From assembly GCA_964534625.1 (NCBI GenBank), contig CAZHRF010000032.1:1-37622 (forward strand): a stretch of DNA of 37,622 nucleotides. The letters run 5' to 3'. Source of the stretch: an uncultured archaeon (GTDB lineage: Archaea > Asgardarchaeota > Heimdallarchaeia > Heimdallarchaeales > Heimdallarchaeaceae). Shown here piece after piece: positions 17,495 through 28,087 of this stretch. The notes below the pieces were generated by a model. It was not told the DNA's origin, made no database searches, and saw nothing but the letters and a program-made list of their open reading frames with translations. A program made the position numbers and the translations under genes. Position 1 is the stretch's first letter, and every line of letters begins with the position of its first letter.

Positions 17495-19108
17495 ATGTAT
17501 GGACAACAACCAGTTTATATTTTGAAAGAAGGCACAGAAAGAACTCGTGGAAAAGATGCTCAACGGAATAATATTATGGCTGTAAAAACAGTATCTGAAG
17601 CTATCCGTTCTTCATTAGGTCCAAAAGGTATGGACAAAATGTTATTGGATGGTTTTAGTGATATTACCATTACAAATGATGGGGCTACTATCCTTAAAGA
17701 ACTTGAGGTTTCACATCCTGCAGCTAAATTTGTTATTGATCTAGCTAAGACACAAGATCAGGAAGTTGGTGATGGTACCACTAGTATTGTTGTTATTGCT
17801 GGTGAATTACTAAAGAAAGCTGAAGACCTATTAGACTTAGATATCCATCCCAGTAACATTATTGAAGGTTATAAACTTGCTCGCTTTGAAACAGAGCGAA
17901 TACTCAAAGAGCTCGCTCAACCAGTTACTTATGAAGATGATCAAATGCTCTCTAATGTAGCAATAACTTCTATGTCTAGTAAAATTGTTAGCTCTGAAAA
18001 AGAACCCATTACTGAACTTGTTGTTCGTGCTGTTAAAACAATAGCTGAGAAAGTTAATGGGGAGTACAAAGTAGATATTGATGATATTACCATCCAGAAA
18101 AAGAAAGGAGGCAGCCTTATCGATACCAATCTCGTTGAGGGTGTGGTTTTAGACAAAGAATTTGTACATAACGATATGCCACGCAAAATTGAAAATGCAA
18201 AGATTCTTCTGCTTGATAAAGGCTTGGAAATTTCTAAAACTGAAATGGATGCTAAAATAAATATCACTAGTCCTGATCAAGTTCAAGCTTTTCTCGATAA
18301 TGAGGAAGCTATGCTTAAAGACATGGCAGATAAAATTATTGCGTCTGGTGCAAATGTTGTTTTATGTCAGAAGGGTATTGATGACATCATTCAATATTAT
18401 CTCGCCAAAGCTGGTATTTCAGCTGTTAGACGCATTAAAAAGAGCGATATGAAAAAGCTTGCCCGAGCAACTGGTGCAAAGATTTCAACAAGTTTTGAAG
18501 ATCTTGTTGAATATATTGGTGAAGCGGGACTAGTCAAACAAGTTACCGTAGCCGATGATGAAATGATATTTATAAGTGAATGCAAGAATCCTAAAGCAGT
18601 TACAATTATTATTCGTGGTGGAACTGAAGCTATAGTGGATGAAGCAGAACGTGCTATTCATGATGCATTATGCGTTGTTAGACAAGCAATTCATGATAAA
18701 GCTGTTGTTCCTGGTGCAGGAGCTCCTGAAATGGAAATATCTGTACATCTGAAATCTTTTGCTTCAAAACATTCTTCCAAGATCCAACTGGCAATAAATA
18801 AATTTGCTGAAGCTTTAGAAATTATCCCTCGAACATTGGCAGAAAATGCTGGATTAGATCCTATTGATATTCTCTCTGAATTAACAAAAGAACATAATGA
18901 CGGAAATAAAACTATGGGTATTGACCCATTCACCGGTAAAGTTCAAGATATGGCAAAACTACAAGTATTTGAACCATTGTCTGTTAAAAAACAAGCTATT
19001 TCAAGTGCAGCTGAAGCCGCTGAGATGTTATTAAGAATTGATGATATTATTGCAGCCAAGGAACTTGGTGGCGGAGGACAGCCCGGTATGCCTGATGATA
19101 TGGCTTAA
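17495..19108 (+). CDS. Thermosome subunit (group II chaperonin)
   Basis: SLGPKGMDKML, ITNDGATIL, QDQEVGDGTTS, IPRTLAENAG, LLRIDDII, GGG-PGM tail. Confidence 0.98.
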   Translation: MYGQQPVYILKEGTERTRGKDAQRNNIMAVKTVSEAIRSSLGPKGMDKMLLDGFSDITITNDGATILKELEVSHPAAKFVIDLAKTQDQEVGDGTTSIVVIAGELLKKAEDLLDLDIHPSNIIEGYKLARFETERILKELAQPVTYEDDQMLSNVAITSMSSKIVSSEKEPITELVVRAVKTIAEKVNGEYKVDIDDITIQKKKGGSLIDTNLVEGVVLDKEFVHNDMPRKIENAKILLLDKGLEISKTEMDAKINITSPDQVQAFLDNEEAMLKDMADKIIASGANVVLCQKGIDDIIQYYLAKAGISAVRRIKKSDMKKLARATGAKISTSFEDLVEYIGEAGLVKQVTVADDEMIFISECKNPKAVTIIIRGGTEAIVDEAERAIHDALCVVRQAIHDKAVVPGAGAPEMEISVHLKSFASKHSSKIQLAINKFAEALEIIPRTLAENAGLDPIDILSELTKEHNDGNKTMGIDPFTGKVQDMAKLQVFEPLSVKKQAISSAAEAAEMLLRIDDIIAAKELGGGGQPGMPDDMA

Positions 19109-19204
19109 AGATCCATCTATTTTTACTCTTTTTTTCTTTTATATTGTTTCATGAATTCTAGATATACTTTATAATACCATTATGAATCATAAATCTAGAG
19201 AAAA

Positions 19205-20047
19205 ATGAAAATAATTACAGATACATCTTGTGATCTACCAGAGGAATTAATAAGTAAATATAATATAAAATTAGTCCCATTTTATATTCACATTGGCGAT
19301 GCCTCGTATAAAGATAGATATGAAATAACTAACAAAGAGATTTACCAGTATTTAGCAAAAGATGAAGAATTACCAACAACTTCTGCACCAAATCCAAAAG
19401 ACTTCATTGATGTAATAGAACCTATTTTAAAAACGGGGGAGAGCGTTTTTATTAGTACAATCTCTTCTAAGCTTTCAGCTACATATGAATTTGCCAATAA
19501 TGCTACTAGATTTCTTAAATCACCCGATGTCTATTTGATGGATTCAGGATATGGTTCGGGATTTTTAGGTTTACTTGCTATAGATGCCTCAATTTTAGCT
19601 CAAAAGGGTAATTTGCCACCTGAAGTAATCATATCTAAACTCAACTCATTAAAAGAGACTTCTCTTCTCTATGGTTTTTTAGATACAGTCAAAAACCTCT
19701 GGCGTTCTGGTAGAATTTCTAAAATTAAATACTTTATTTCATCTTTAATTAATGCTAAACCTATCTTATCGATGAAAGACGGTGCAATTGTGCCTGTAAC
19801 AAGAGCTAGGGGAAAAAAACAAGCTATTGACTTACTTATTCAAACAATTAGGGATAAAGTGCGAAATAAGAAATACGATTGTATGATAACGCATTCTAAT
19901 TGTGTAAAAACTGCAAATAAGATTTTATCAAAGATAGAGGAGTTTGTTGATATAGGAAAAGGAATTGTATCTGAATTGAGCCCAGCATTATCAGTTCATT
20001 TAGGCTTAGGGGCTGTACTGGTATCATTGGTGCCTTCAATTGAATAA
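19205..20047 (+). CDS. DegV family fatty-acid binding protein
   Basis: IITDTSCDLP, PTTSAP, ISSKLSATY, SGRI, KPIL, SVHLG. Confidence 0.92.
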   Translation: MKIITDTSCDLPEELISKYNIKLVPFYIHIGDASYKDRYEITNKEIYQYLAKDEELPTTSAPNPKDFIDVIEPILKTGESVFISTISSKLSATYEFANNATRFLKSPDVYLMDSGYGSGFLGLLAIDASILAQKGNLPPEVIISKLNSLKETSLLYGFLDTVKNLWRSGRISKIKYFISSLINAKPILSMKDGAIVPVTRARGKKQAIDLLIQTIRDKVRNKKYDCMITHSNCVKTANKILSKIEEFVDIGKGIVSELSPALSVHLGLGAVLVSLVPSIE

Positions 20048-20102
20048 GATATTAAAAATGAAAGAAAGTTGAAGCATAAAATAATTAATTGAGCAAGAAT
20101 TA

Positions 20103-20309
20103 TTAGTGATTGTAAGTTTTTAGTGCACTAATTAATTTTTCCATTAATTCTGGTTTAATCTCTCCTGCATTTGTTTCTATAATCTCAACCCAAGTACTAT
20201 ACGCTTTTTCTCTCACTTTCTCATTATCACTGTCAAGTGTCTCAAGGATCATACGAATCTTTTGCTCGTTTAGATATTCTCTTACATTGAGCTCAATTTT
20301 ATTTTTCAT
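20103..20309 (-). CDS. Small HEAT-repeat-like protein
   Basis: LETLDSDNEKVREKA HEAT-like motif; 68 aa in an otherwise empty gap. Confidence 0.5.
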   Translation of the reverse strand: MKNKIELNVREYLNEQKIRMILETLDSDNEKVREKAYSTWVEIIETNAGEIKPELMEKLISALKTYNH

Positions 20310-20493
20310 GTACTTTCAAGATTATAATGGTAATAACATATTTAAGTCTTCTTCGTTTTTTTGTGATATTGTTTTTCATACCTCTACCACCCTATTTGTG
20401 GCATTCTATTCTCTTATTTCTTGACAAATTTTTAACTTTTTTTGTTGTGCAAAACATTGAAATAGTCTCTTGTATTATTATAATTCGTTGAAA

Positions 20494-21138
20494 ATGTTAC
20501 TGCAAAGAGATTTATCTGTTACCGTTTTAGGTAATACAGGTGTCGGAAAAACCACTTTAATAAAGCGAATTAAAGGCGAATCAATTGAAGATATTAGTCC
20601 AACAACACAGATTGAAGTTCATGAGAAAAAAATCAGGTTACAAAGCCAAGAAAATAGACCGGTACTTAGTTTAGAACGCTATCGAACTTATCGAGTTAGG
20701 GCTGTTGATTGTCCAGGTGATATGTCTCTCTGGCCTTATTGGAAGAAAGCTTTAGTTGACTATAAAACTAATGGTGTCATTTTTATGATTGATCCTTTAC
20801 AAGATCATAAAGTACAAATTGATGCTTTAACTCAAGTCAGCAATTATTTCCTAATGACTCTTGATGATGATCCTGTTAAAGCAGAACGAAAAGCTCGAAA
20901 AACTAATGCTGTTTTCTTCTTGTTGGTGAACAAATTAGATCTTCTTGATAATAAAAAATCTAAAGCTGATAGATTGCTTAAAGAACATTATTCGTCGGCT
21001 AGGGCTCATTTAGAAGAGCGCTACCCAAAAAGTTTTCATGGATGGGAAGCAATTAGTGCTATAGATAAGAGTGAGTCAATGTACAATACCATTGATGCCA
21101 TTTTTGAGACTATAAAACGAGAGCTTTATGGTAAATAA
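20494..21138 (+). CDS. Ras-superfamily small GTPase
   Basis: G1 GNTGVGKT, G2 SPTT, G3 DCPG, G4 NKLD, G5 ISA; ATG 20494 preferred over TTG 20470. Confidence 0.88.
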   Translation: MLLQRDLSVTVLGNTGVGKTTLIKRIKGESIEDISPTTQIEVHEKKIRLQSQENRPVLSLERYRTYRVRAVDCPGDMSLWPYWKKALVDYKTNGVIFMIDPLQDHKVQIDALTQVSNYFLMTLDDDPVKAERKARKTNAVFFLLVNKLDLLDNKKSKADRLLKEHYSSARAHLEERYPKSFHGWEAISAIDKSESMYNTIDAIFETIKRELYGK

Positions 21139-21362
21139 TTGTTTTATCCTTTTTTGCTCCATTAATTTATTTCAAAATAATTCAAGTATTGCGAAAAATG
21201 GGTTTATCATTTCTTACAAATTGTCAAAGTAGCTTATTGAGTTCTTAATGTTTGTAAAATCTTTTTTTGTTATAAATTTGTTTGATTTTGCACCAGTTTC
21301 AAGTATCTATTCAGCATAATAAAATTTTTATTACATTTTAATCAAATTCATTTGGTGATTTT

Positions 21363-22124
21363 ATGAAAGATGATGATGTTCCTGAAACGTTACAGAATGA
21401 AAATACTGACGAAAAAGATAAATCAACCACTTCATCAGACCAAGAAGATTCTCAATCTTCTTCAGAACCAAAAAAGAAATTCATTTTTAATTGTACCAAA
21501 TGCGGTAAATGTTGTGAAAAGTGGGAAGAAATTCCTATCTATTTAGAAGATTTACAACGCTGGGTTAATGATGGTTCGATTTATTATGTACTCTCTTTTC
21601 TCCAAATCATTGATTCTGCACCTAATACTGTTGAAATAGTTATGAGAAAAGATTCTTCCGTGCCTATACCCAACTCCAATAAAGAAGAGCAACAAAATGA
21701 TCTAGAAGATAATCCTTCTGGCTGTCCTTTGTATGATTATGAAAATAAAATCTGTAATCTATATCACAGCATGCCTATTCATTGCGCAGCGTATCCTTTA
21801 GCCTATAATGGTAAAAAGTACTATTTAGTTGACAAAGATTGTCCTGGTTTAGGGCATGGACAGATGACTAAAGAGAAACTTCAATCAGCAAGAACGAGAG
21901 CCGAATCTCATTATAATGCAAAGAATTCCTCCAAATCAGTTATGCCTGTTCTTTATACCTTAATCTTGACAAATATTATGAAGAAGAGCCAAGAGGCAAT
22001 GGATACACTCTCTTCAGAAGATAAAGAGCAACTAAATACTTTGTTATCAAAATCTAAAGAAAAAAAAGATGAGGAGGGCGCATCTGGTAATAATTCGGCC
22101 ACCTCTGAGGAAATTAATAAATAA
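21363..22124 (+). CDS. YkgJ family (CxxCxxCC) cysteine-cluster protein
   Basis: FNCTKCGKCC, GCPLY, CNLYHSMPIHCAAYP, CPGLG. Confidence 0.88.
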   Translation: MKDDDVPETLQNENTDEKDKSTTSSDQEDSQSSSEPKKKFIFNCTKCGKCCEKWEEIPIYLEDLQRWVNDGSIYYVLSFLQIIDSAPNTVEIVMRKDSSVPIPNSNKEEQQNDLEDNPSGCPLYDYENKICNLYHSMPIHCAAYPLAYNGKKYYLVDKDCPGLGHGQMTKEKLQSARTRAESHYNAKNSSKSVMPVLYTLILTNIMKKSQEAMDTLSSEDKEQLNTLLSKSKEKKDEEGASGNNSATSEEINK

Positions 22125-22139
22125 TGATCTCCTCTTTTT

Positions 22140-22826
22140 TTATTCATTTCCAGAGCAACTAAATTCTCCTTTTTTAATTAGATGCCCTTTTTCGCTTTTA
22201 GAATCTAAATATTTTTCGCTAAATTGTGTTGCTTCAATTATAATTGGCACTCTACTAGATACATTTATACCATAATCACATAATCCTTCAACTTTGGCTG
22301 GATTGTTTGTTAATAACTTAATTGTATCAATATTTAACCCTTTAAGAATGTCAATTGCTATTTCGTAGGTTCTTTCATCTGCTTTGAATCCTAATATTTC
22401 GTTAGCTTGAAATGTATCATAACCTTGGTCTTGGAGAGTATATGCTTTAAGTTTGTTGAATAACCCAATACCTCTACCTTCTTGGCGCAAATAAATTAAA
22501 ACTCCTGTTTTTTGTTTTGCTAGATATTTCATTGCGTATTCAAGTTGTGCTCGACAATCACATCTCTGACTCGTAAATACATCTCCTGTTAGACACTCCG
22601 AGTGTATTCGTACAGGAACATCTTTTTTACCAACGGGTTCTCCCTTTAAGATAACAGCATGATCTTTCATATCTCTTAAACTATGAACTCCCAAAATTAA
22701 AAATTCATTTCCAAATGTTGTGGGGAATTTTGCAACTGACCCAAAGTAAACGAGTTCTGTATTTTCAATTCCCAATTTTTTAATTGTACTATTTATTTGT
22801 GTATGGATTTTATCTTCTTGTTTCAT
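22140..22826 (-). CDS. ribA: GTP cyclohydrolase II
   Basis: VRIHSECLTGDVFTSQRCDC, QEGRGIGL.NKLKAY, DERTY, LLTNNP.K. Confidence 0.95.
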   Translation of the reverse strand: MKQEDKIHTQINSTIKKLGIENTELVYFGSVAKFPTTFGNEFLILGVHSLRDMKDHAVILKGEPVGKKDVPVRIHSECLTGDVFTSQRCDCRAQLEYAMKYLAKQKTGVLIYLRQEGRGIGLFNKLKAYTLQDQGYDTFQANEILGFKADERTYEIAIDILKGLNIDTIKLLTNNPAKVEGLCDYGINVSSRVPIIIEATQFSEKYLDSKSEKGHLIKKGEFSCSGNE

Positions 22827-22932
22827 TTTCCCTTTTAAAAGAAAAAAACGTCATATTTTAGTCTATTGTTGTTACGATATTTACTATATATGGATAAGAT
22901 TCTGTGTCTTCTGGTTCCTCAGCCGACTATAG

Positions 22933-23220
22933 TCAATAAGCTATTCTAAAGCTTGGTAGTTCTCCTTTTTTTTCTGACCATTCCGTTTTAATGTTATATA
23001 CATTAGCCGCGGGTGGGCCTTCCTTAGCAAATTCTATTAATTTCAACAGTTTCTCCTCTTTACCTTCTGCTACTATCTTTACTGAGCCATCGGGAAGATT
23101 CTTGACATAACCATTTATACTTAATTTATTAGCTACTTTTCTTGTGGTGGCTCTAAAAAAAACTCCTTGAACTACACCAAAGACATGGATTATAACTCTT
23201 TTATTTTTATTTTCATTCAT
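22933..23220 (-). CDS. acyP: Acylphosphatase
   Basis: GVVQGVFFR, GYVKNLPDGSV, GPPAA. Confidence 0.95.
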   Translation of the reverse strand: MNENKNKRVIIHVFGVVQGVFFRATTRKVANKLSINGYVKNLPDGSVKIVAEGKEEKLLKLIEFAKEGPPAANVYNIKTEWSEKKGELPSFRIAY

Positions 23221-23974
23221 CTAATTCACCTAGTTTTTTAATTAAACAATCAGTAAACTCAGGAAGTGTTGATTCACAAGGACCAAATATTGAAAAATCT
23301 GCTATATTGGAAATTGGTGTCTTTTCAGTGTTAAATTCGATGATTTTAGTATGTTGTTTTGCATAACTAGGAAGGGATGCAACAGGATGAACAACTCCTG
23401 ATGTACCAATAACCATCATCAGATTTGTTTCTTTTATCCATTCTAAAACTTTTCTCCATTTTTCATTGTCTAATCCTTCGCCAAACCATACAACATCAGG
23501 TCTGAGCAATTCATTACACATTGGACATATTGGGATCTCTGAATCTTTTGTTGCTTCTTTTATAGAATCCCATCGTTTCACAAATGAACAATTGATGCAT
23601 TTGGCATATCTTATTGTGCCATGGATTTCCACAATTCTACTGTTTCCCGCAATTTCATGCAATCCGTCTACATTTTGGCTTATAATACCTGTCAATAATC
23701 CTTCTGCTTCCAACCTAGACAAAGCTAGATGAGCGTTATTTGGTTTGGCTTTTAACAGTATTCTCATTCTGGCTTTGTACCACTCCCAAACTAATTTGGG
23801 ATCCTTTTGAAACGCGTATGGAGTAGCAAGATCTTGTGCTTGATATTGGTTCCACATTCCATCCTCTCCTCGAAAGGTTGGCATACCTGAAGCTTTAGAG
23901 ATACCAGCACCTGTTATAGCAACAATAGTGATATTACCATGGATAAGTTTACTTACTACATCCTCAGTTTTCAT
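23213..23974 (-). CDS. cobB: NAD-dependent protein deacylase (class III sirtuin)
   Basis: TGAGISKASGMPTFRG, YxxR (YKAR), QNVDGLH, HG, CxxC...CxxC, RPDVVWFGE, GTSGVVHP. Confidence 0.95.
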   Translation of the reverse strand: MKTEDVVSKLIHGNITIVAITGAGISKASGMPTFRGEDGMWNQYQAQDLATPYAFQKDPKLVWEWYKARMRILLKAKPNNAHLALSRLEAEGLLTGIISQNVDGLHEIAGNSRIVEIHGTIRYAKCINCSFVKRWDSIKEATKDSEIPICPMCNELLRPDVVWFGEGLDNEKWRKVLEWIKETNLMMVIGTSGVVHPVASLPSYAKQHTKIIEFNTEKTPISNIADFSIFGPCESTLPEFTDCLIKKLGELDE

Positions 23975-24158
23975 GTATAATACAGAAGAGAACTCAATTA
24001 AAAAGGTGTTTACTCTTTGGTTATTACGAATAAGATTAAAATTATCTTTTAAAAAGTGAACTTTCAGTTCATCTCTTATTAATTCTAAGAATATTATTTA
24101 ATCTACATAGATTAACTCTAAATGCTAATGAAAAAATATAAAGATGAGGCTGGAAGCA

Positions 24159-25259
24159 TTATATTGTAAATTTTCTTTTCTTTCCAGCAACTTCTTGGTA
24201 TAATTGATCTATACTATTTGTATATTCTGGGTACCGTATTAATGCGAGTTGGAACGCCATATCTCTTTCTGCTTCTGATAGATGAGCAAATTGTTGTTTT
24301 GGATTTGTTGTTAACGAATAATATTGAGAGATCATACTAGAACCTGCGTAGCGAATAATTTTTACAACTTCCTGTTCTAATTTTCTTACCGCAGTATCTA
24401 TTATTGTTTTATGATTATATCCTCCCGATTCAGCATTTTCTTGGAGTTTATTTATTAATTCTTTAGCAAATTCATTTTTTTGCCCATTTTTTGCAACACC
24501 TGTTGTTAAGTCTACCATACAGATATCGGGGTAATCTCCCACCAATTCAGGTGTGGCAAATAACACATCAAATTGATCTGGTGGTATGAAATTTGCAGGA
24601 AACAATGCTACTAATAATTCACGCCTTGGTTGAAATGATTGTAATGAAGAGAGAAAGGGTTTAACCATTTCTTTAGAACATAGAACTAATATTGGTCTTT
24701 CTACTAACAAAGTATGTACAATTTGCTCTTGTCCTTTGTTTACTAGTCTCATAAAAAAATACGGTGCTGCAGCAGAACGGACAATTTCAATGGACTGTAC
24801 GCCCGCCATTTGTTCTTGTGTTGATTCTAAGACTTTGGTGATATTATCTGACCATTTTATTATCCTTTGGCGCAAAGACTGGTCTAATTCGAATCCGGGT
24901 TCATAGAGAATCAAACCGGAAATTTGTTTTGAAACATTGGATGAATGGTAATTGAAAACGGGAACTTTACCATAAAGGTGGCTTTGTAACTCATCATCAA
25001 TAATATATGTTAGACATGCCATTGTAACAGGAGATCTTTTTGATTTACAAGGGACACCAAAATAAAACGAATACGCAACGCCGCCTAAATCATGTAAAGG
25101 TAAAATTGCAGAACTTTCTTTCAACATATCGGTATCGGAGGCACCCATCATCATTCGTATTGAAACTTTGTGCGCATCCTCCTCATTTAGACCTTCTTGA
25201 TGGAGAACTTTTGTTCCAACAGTATCATCAAATACGGAAAAGCATATTTTTCTTGGCAT
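24159..25259 (-). CDS. DENN-domain-like protein (uDENN/longin + cDENN), putative small-GTPase regulator
   Basis: N-terminal CFSVFDDTVGTKV (FDxxxG longin/uDENN start) and IVHTLLVERPILVLCS (cDENN-like LLxE+xI motif). Confidence 0.65.
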   Translation of the reverse strand: MPRKICFSVFDDTVGTKVLHQEGLNEEDAHKVSIRMMMGASDTDMLKESSAILPLHDLGGVAYSFYFGVPCKSKRSPVTMACLTYIIDDELQSHLYGKVPVFNYHSSNVSKQISGLILYEPGFELDQSLRQRIIKWSDNITKVLESTQEQMAGVQSIEIVRSAAAPYFFMRLVNKGQEQIVHTLLVERPILVLCSKEMVKPFLSSLQSFQPRRELLVALFPANFIPPDQFDVLFATPELVGDYPDICMVDLTTGVAKNGQKNEFAKELINKLQENAESGGYNHKTIIDTAVRKLEQEVVKIIRYAGSSMISQYYSLTTNPKQQFAHLSEAERDMAFQLALIRYPEYTNSIDQLYQEVAGKKRKFTI

Positions 25260-25488
25260 TATTATTTACTATGTGTGTTATTAAATAAATGTTTTGTGTG
25301 AGTAATTTCTTTCAAACTCACAATTTACATACACTTTTACATTCACTTCTAGATGTTTACTGCTGATTTTGATGATATTATGTCATACATTAAATAATTA
25401 CTAACCTCTTTTTGACTGTTTTTTTATGTACTCCTAAATAAAAACAATTAAATCTTTGATGTTAACTTATAATTGTGTGAAATTTATC

Positions 25489-26385
25489 ATGAATAAAAAA
25501 TTGAATCCTCTTACCGTTGCTATTGTAGGGCTCCAAAATGCGGGAAAAACAACATTGTTACATCAATTAACTGGGAAAAAAAGATTTGAAATTCTCCCTA
25601 CAATCGGATTAAATGCAGAGGTAGTAAACTATCGTGGATATAAGTTTCAAGCTATTGATATGGGAGGACAAAAAGTTTTTAGAGAGACTTTATGGAGTCA
25701 TTATACAACATTAGCAAATGGAATAATTTTTGTTTTTGATATCTCTGATCCTATATTAACTAATGAAGCAAAATATTGGTTTGATCGTGTTGTTCAATGG
25801 ACTTCCTCAAAAGCGACTTTACTATTCTTATCCAATAAAATGGATTTGAAGGAAGAGAGTAAAAAGTATTTATCACTAGAAAAAGCAATTAATCTCTTTG
25901 GTCTATCTGATCTATCTGAACGACCCGATATATCTTTCCAGATTTTTGAAGTAAGTGCATTAACTGGTGAAAATGTTTCTGCTGCTATGAATTGGTTCTT
26001 TAATAAAATAACCGATCAGATTAGACAACAGACAAAAATTTCCTTCGTATATTTACTCAATCAAGAAAATTCTGTTTTATACTCGAATTTAGTGGAAAGA
26101 GAACGAAGAGATAAATTACTGGAAATATTATCTGCAAAAATAACTCAACTGAGAGAGATGAAAACGTCTGAAATGGTGCTTGAAGTGGGCGAGTATAGGA
26201 TTGTAATAAAGCTGGAAAAAACATATTCTATAATTGTAGGTACAAAACATTTAGCCTCTCCTTTAAATCTGAAAATTGCAGCACGTTCTATTGCGGAGCT
26301 TGTAAACAAAAACTATTATCCTCCACAGAAGTATACAGAAGATCTCGACGGTATCATAAATATGACACTCATTAAAAAATTATGA
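25489..26385 (+). CDS. Arf-family small GTPase with C-terminal longin/roadblock-like domain
   Basis: GLQNAGKT, PTIGLN, DMGGQ, LWSHY, NKMD, SALTG; ~120-aa alpha/beta tail; ATG 25489 preferred. Confidence 0.9.
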   Translation: MNKKLNPLTVAIVGLQNAGKTTLLHQLTGKKRFEILPTIGLNAEVVNYRGYKFQAIDMGGQKVFRETLWSHYTTLANGIIFVFDISDPILTNEAKYWFDRVVQWTSSKATLLFLSNKMDLKEESKKYLSLEKAINLFGLSDLSERPDISFQIFEVSALTGENVSAAMNWFFNKITDQIRQQTKISFVYLLNQENSVLYSNLVERERRDKLLEILSAKITQLREMKTSEMVLEVGEYRIVIKLEKTYSIIVGTKHLASPLNLKIAARSIAELVNKNYYPPQKYTEDLDGIINMTLIKKL

Positions 26386-26406
26386 AAAAAAGCATTAAAT
26401 GCAAAA

Positions 26407-28044
26407 TCACTTACACTCCAATGCTTTTTTAATTAAATTCAAGGTTTCTTCTTTTCCTAATGCATCAATTAATGTACCTGCTCGAGGACCATATTTTTCC
26501 CCCAATATAATCGAATAAAATGCTTGGAACAAGTCTCTTGGTTTGTGTCCTTCAGATTTAGCATACTCATATATATGCTGAGTTATTTCTTTTGCACTCA
26601 TATCTGATCTCACATCTTCAACTATGGAATAAAGTGTTTCACACATTTTTTGGTCAAGTTTTTTGACTATTTCACAGTTCGGTTCTTCTAGTATCATAAA
26701 TTTGAAAGTAGCATCAGCATATTTTTTTAGCCAGTATTTTGCACGTTCATATCTATTAAAAATACGTTTCTCGTCATCTTTAGATGGATTTTTTGGTATC
26801 AAATCACGCATTTGTAACCTTTCTAACACACTTTGAAAATCATATAAGCATACTTGCATAACTGTTACTAAGTGACTATAATCTACTCTTATTGGCTTTT
26901 CTTGCGGTGGTTCTGTCATTAGAGCTAATTCATACGCTTTTATTGTCTTTTCTGCTGTTTTCTCGTGTTCATGCTCTTTTTCTTGATAGAATAGTTCTTC
27001 AGCTTCATCAAAGTCAGAAGATGTACTTGGAACATCTCTTGCTACATTAAAGTCAAAATCACGTCTTATATTGTTCCTATAAATTTTATAAAGAAAGGTT
27101 GCAGGATCTAAGATTTTTGGGAACTCAGAAACGGGAATTCCACTACCTGAACTTCCACTAAGTTTTTTTCCAGCAAAAGTTATAAAACCATGCTGAGTCA
27201 GAATGGGGGGGCGTTTTTCAAATATCTGTTTGTGAATTGCAATAGCTGTATCTACAGAACCACCTGCAACACCATGATCTTTGCCCGAATCTTCTACAGT
27301 AACACCGATAAAATGTTGTCTAGCCGCCCAATCTAATCGCCATTTGAGTTTCCAAAGTGTTTCACCCAATCTTATTTCTCCCTTATGATCACACCCTCTT
27401 TTTTGTCTCTGACAGTGCAATTCTACAAATATATCTCCTTCAGTTATTTTATGATTTGTGATTTTAGGCGCAGCAATATTTTTACATTTTGGACATTGAA
27501 CTAAAAAGAAATCTTCCATTTTTGAACCAGTAATTTCTTCGGTTAATTTAAAAACTTGCTCTTTTTTTTCCAAGAATAATTTGGCATATTTATCATAGTT
27601 CCCTTTTTTGTATGCCTCTGATGTCAAAATAGGTTCGGGATTAACATCAAATTCTCCCATGATCTCTAGAGCATTATCTGTAAAATGTTCAGCATAAGAA
27701 GTATGACAATCTAATGGATCAGGAACTTGACATATGGGCATCCCGATATAGTCTTTTAAGGTTTTACCATATTCTTTTTTGAAAAAGGAGGGTATTTTAT
27801 CAAAAGGATCAAGATCATCAATATTTATAATGAAACTAGTATCACATCCAAGATTATCTAATTCTTTTGCTATAGCTCTGCATGTAACTCCCTCTCGGAA
27901 GTTGCCAATATGATAGTAGCCACTGGGAGACCAACCTGTGGCGATTGTATGCTTTTCATTACCAAATCGTTCAATCGCTTGTTCACTAATTACTGTTGCC
28001 CAATGTTTGTAAACTTTATCTTTATTTTGTGTAATATCACTCAT
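26407..28044 (-). CDS. lysS: Class I lysyl-tRNA synthetase
   Basis: HWA, SPSG..HIGNFRE, KL.WR.DW, GKDH, KMSKS-equivalent KLSGSSG, GPRAG in anticodon domain. Confidence 0.95.
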   Translation of the reverse strand: MSDITQNKDKVYKHWATVISEQAIERFGNEKHTIATGWSPSGYYHIGNFREGVTCRAIAKELDNLGCDTSFIINIDDLDPFDKIPSFFKKEYGKTLKDYIGMPICQVPDPLDCHTSYAEHFTDNALEIMGEFDVNPEPILTSEAYKKGNYDKYAKLFLEKKEQVFKLTEEITGSKMEDFFLVQCPKCKNIAAPKITNHKITEGDIFVELHCQRQKRGCDHKGEIRLGETLWKLKWRLDWAARQHFIGVTVEDSGKDHGVAGGSVDTAIAIHKQIFEKRPPILTQHGFITFAGKKLSGSSGSGIPVSEFPKILDPATFLYKIYRNNIRRDFDFNVARDVPSTSSDFDEAEELFYQEKEHEHEKTAEKTIKAYELALMTEPPQEKPIRVDYSHLVTVMQVCLYDFQSVLERLQMRDLIPKNPSKDDEKRIFNRYERAKYWLKKYADATFKFMILEEPNCEIVKKLDQKMCETLYSIVEDVRSDMSAKEITQHIYEYAKSEGHKPRDLFQAFYSIILGEKYGPRAGTLIDALGKEETLNLIKKALECK

Positions 28045-28087
28045 TTCTGATTGTAAATTTATCTTTGACTTAAAATATTTGTTATTT

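Noticed and set aside
25360-25390. CTGA-ttt-TGATGA as a third C/D sRNA
   Set aside because: No flanking C and D boxes or terminal stem found.
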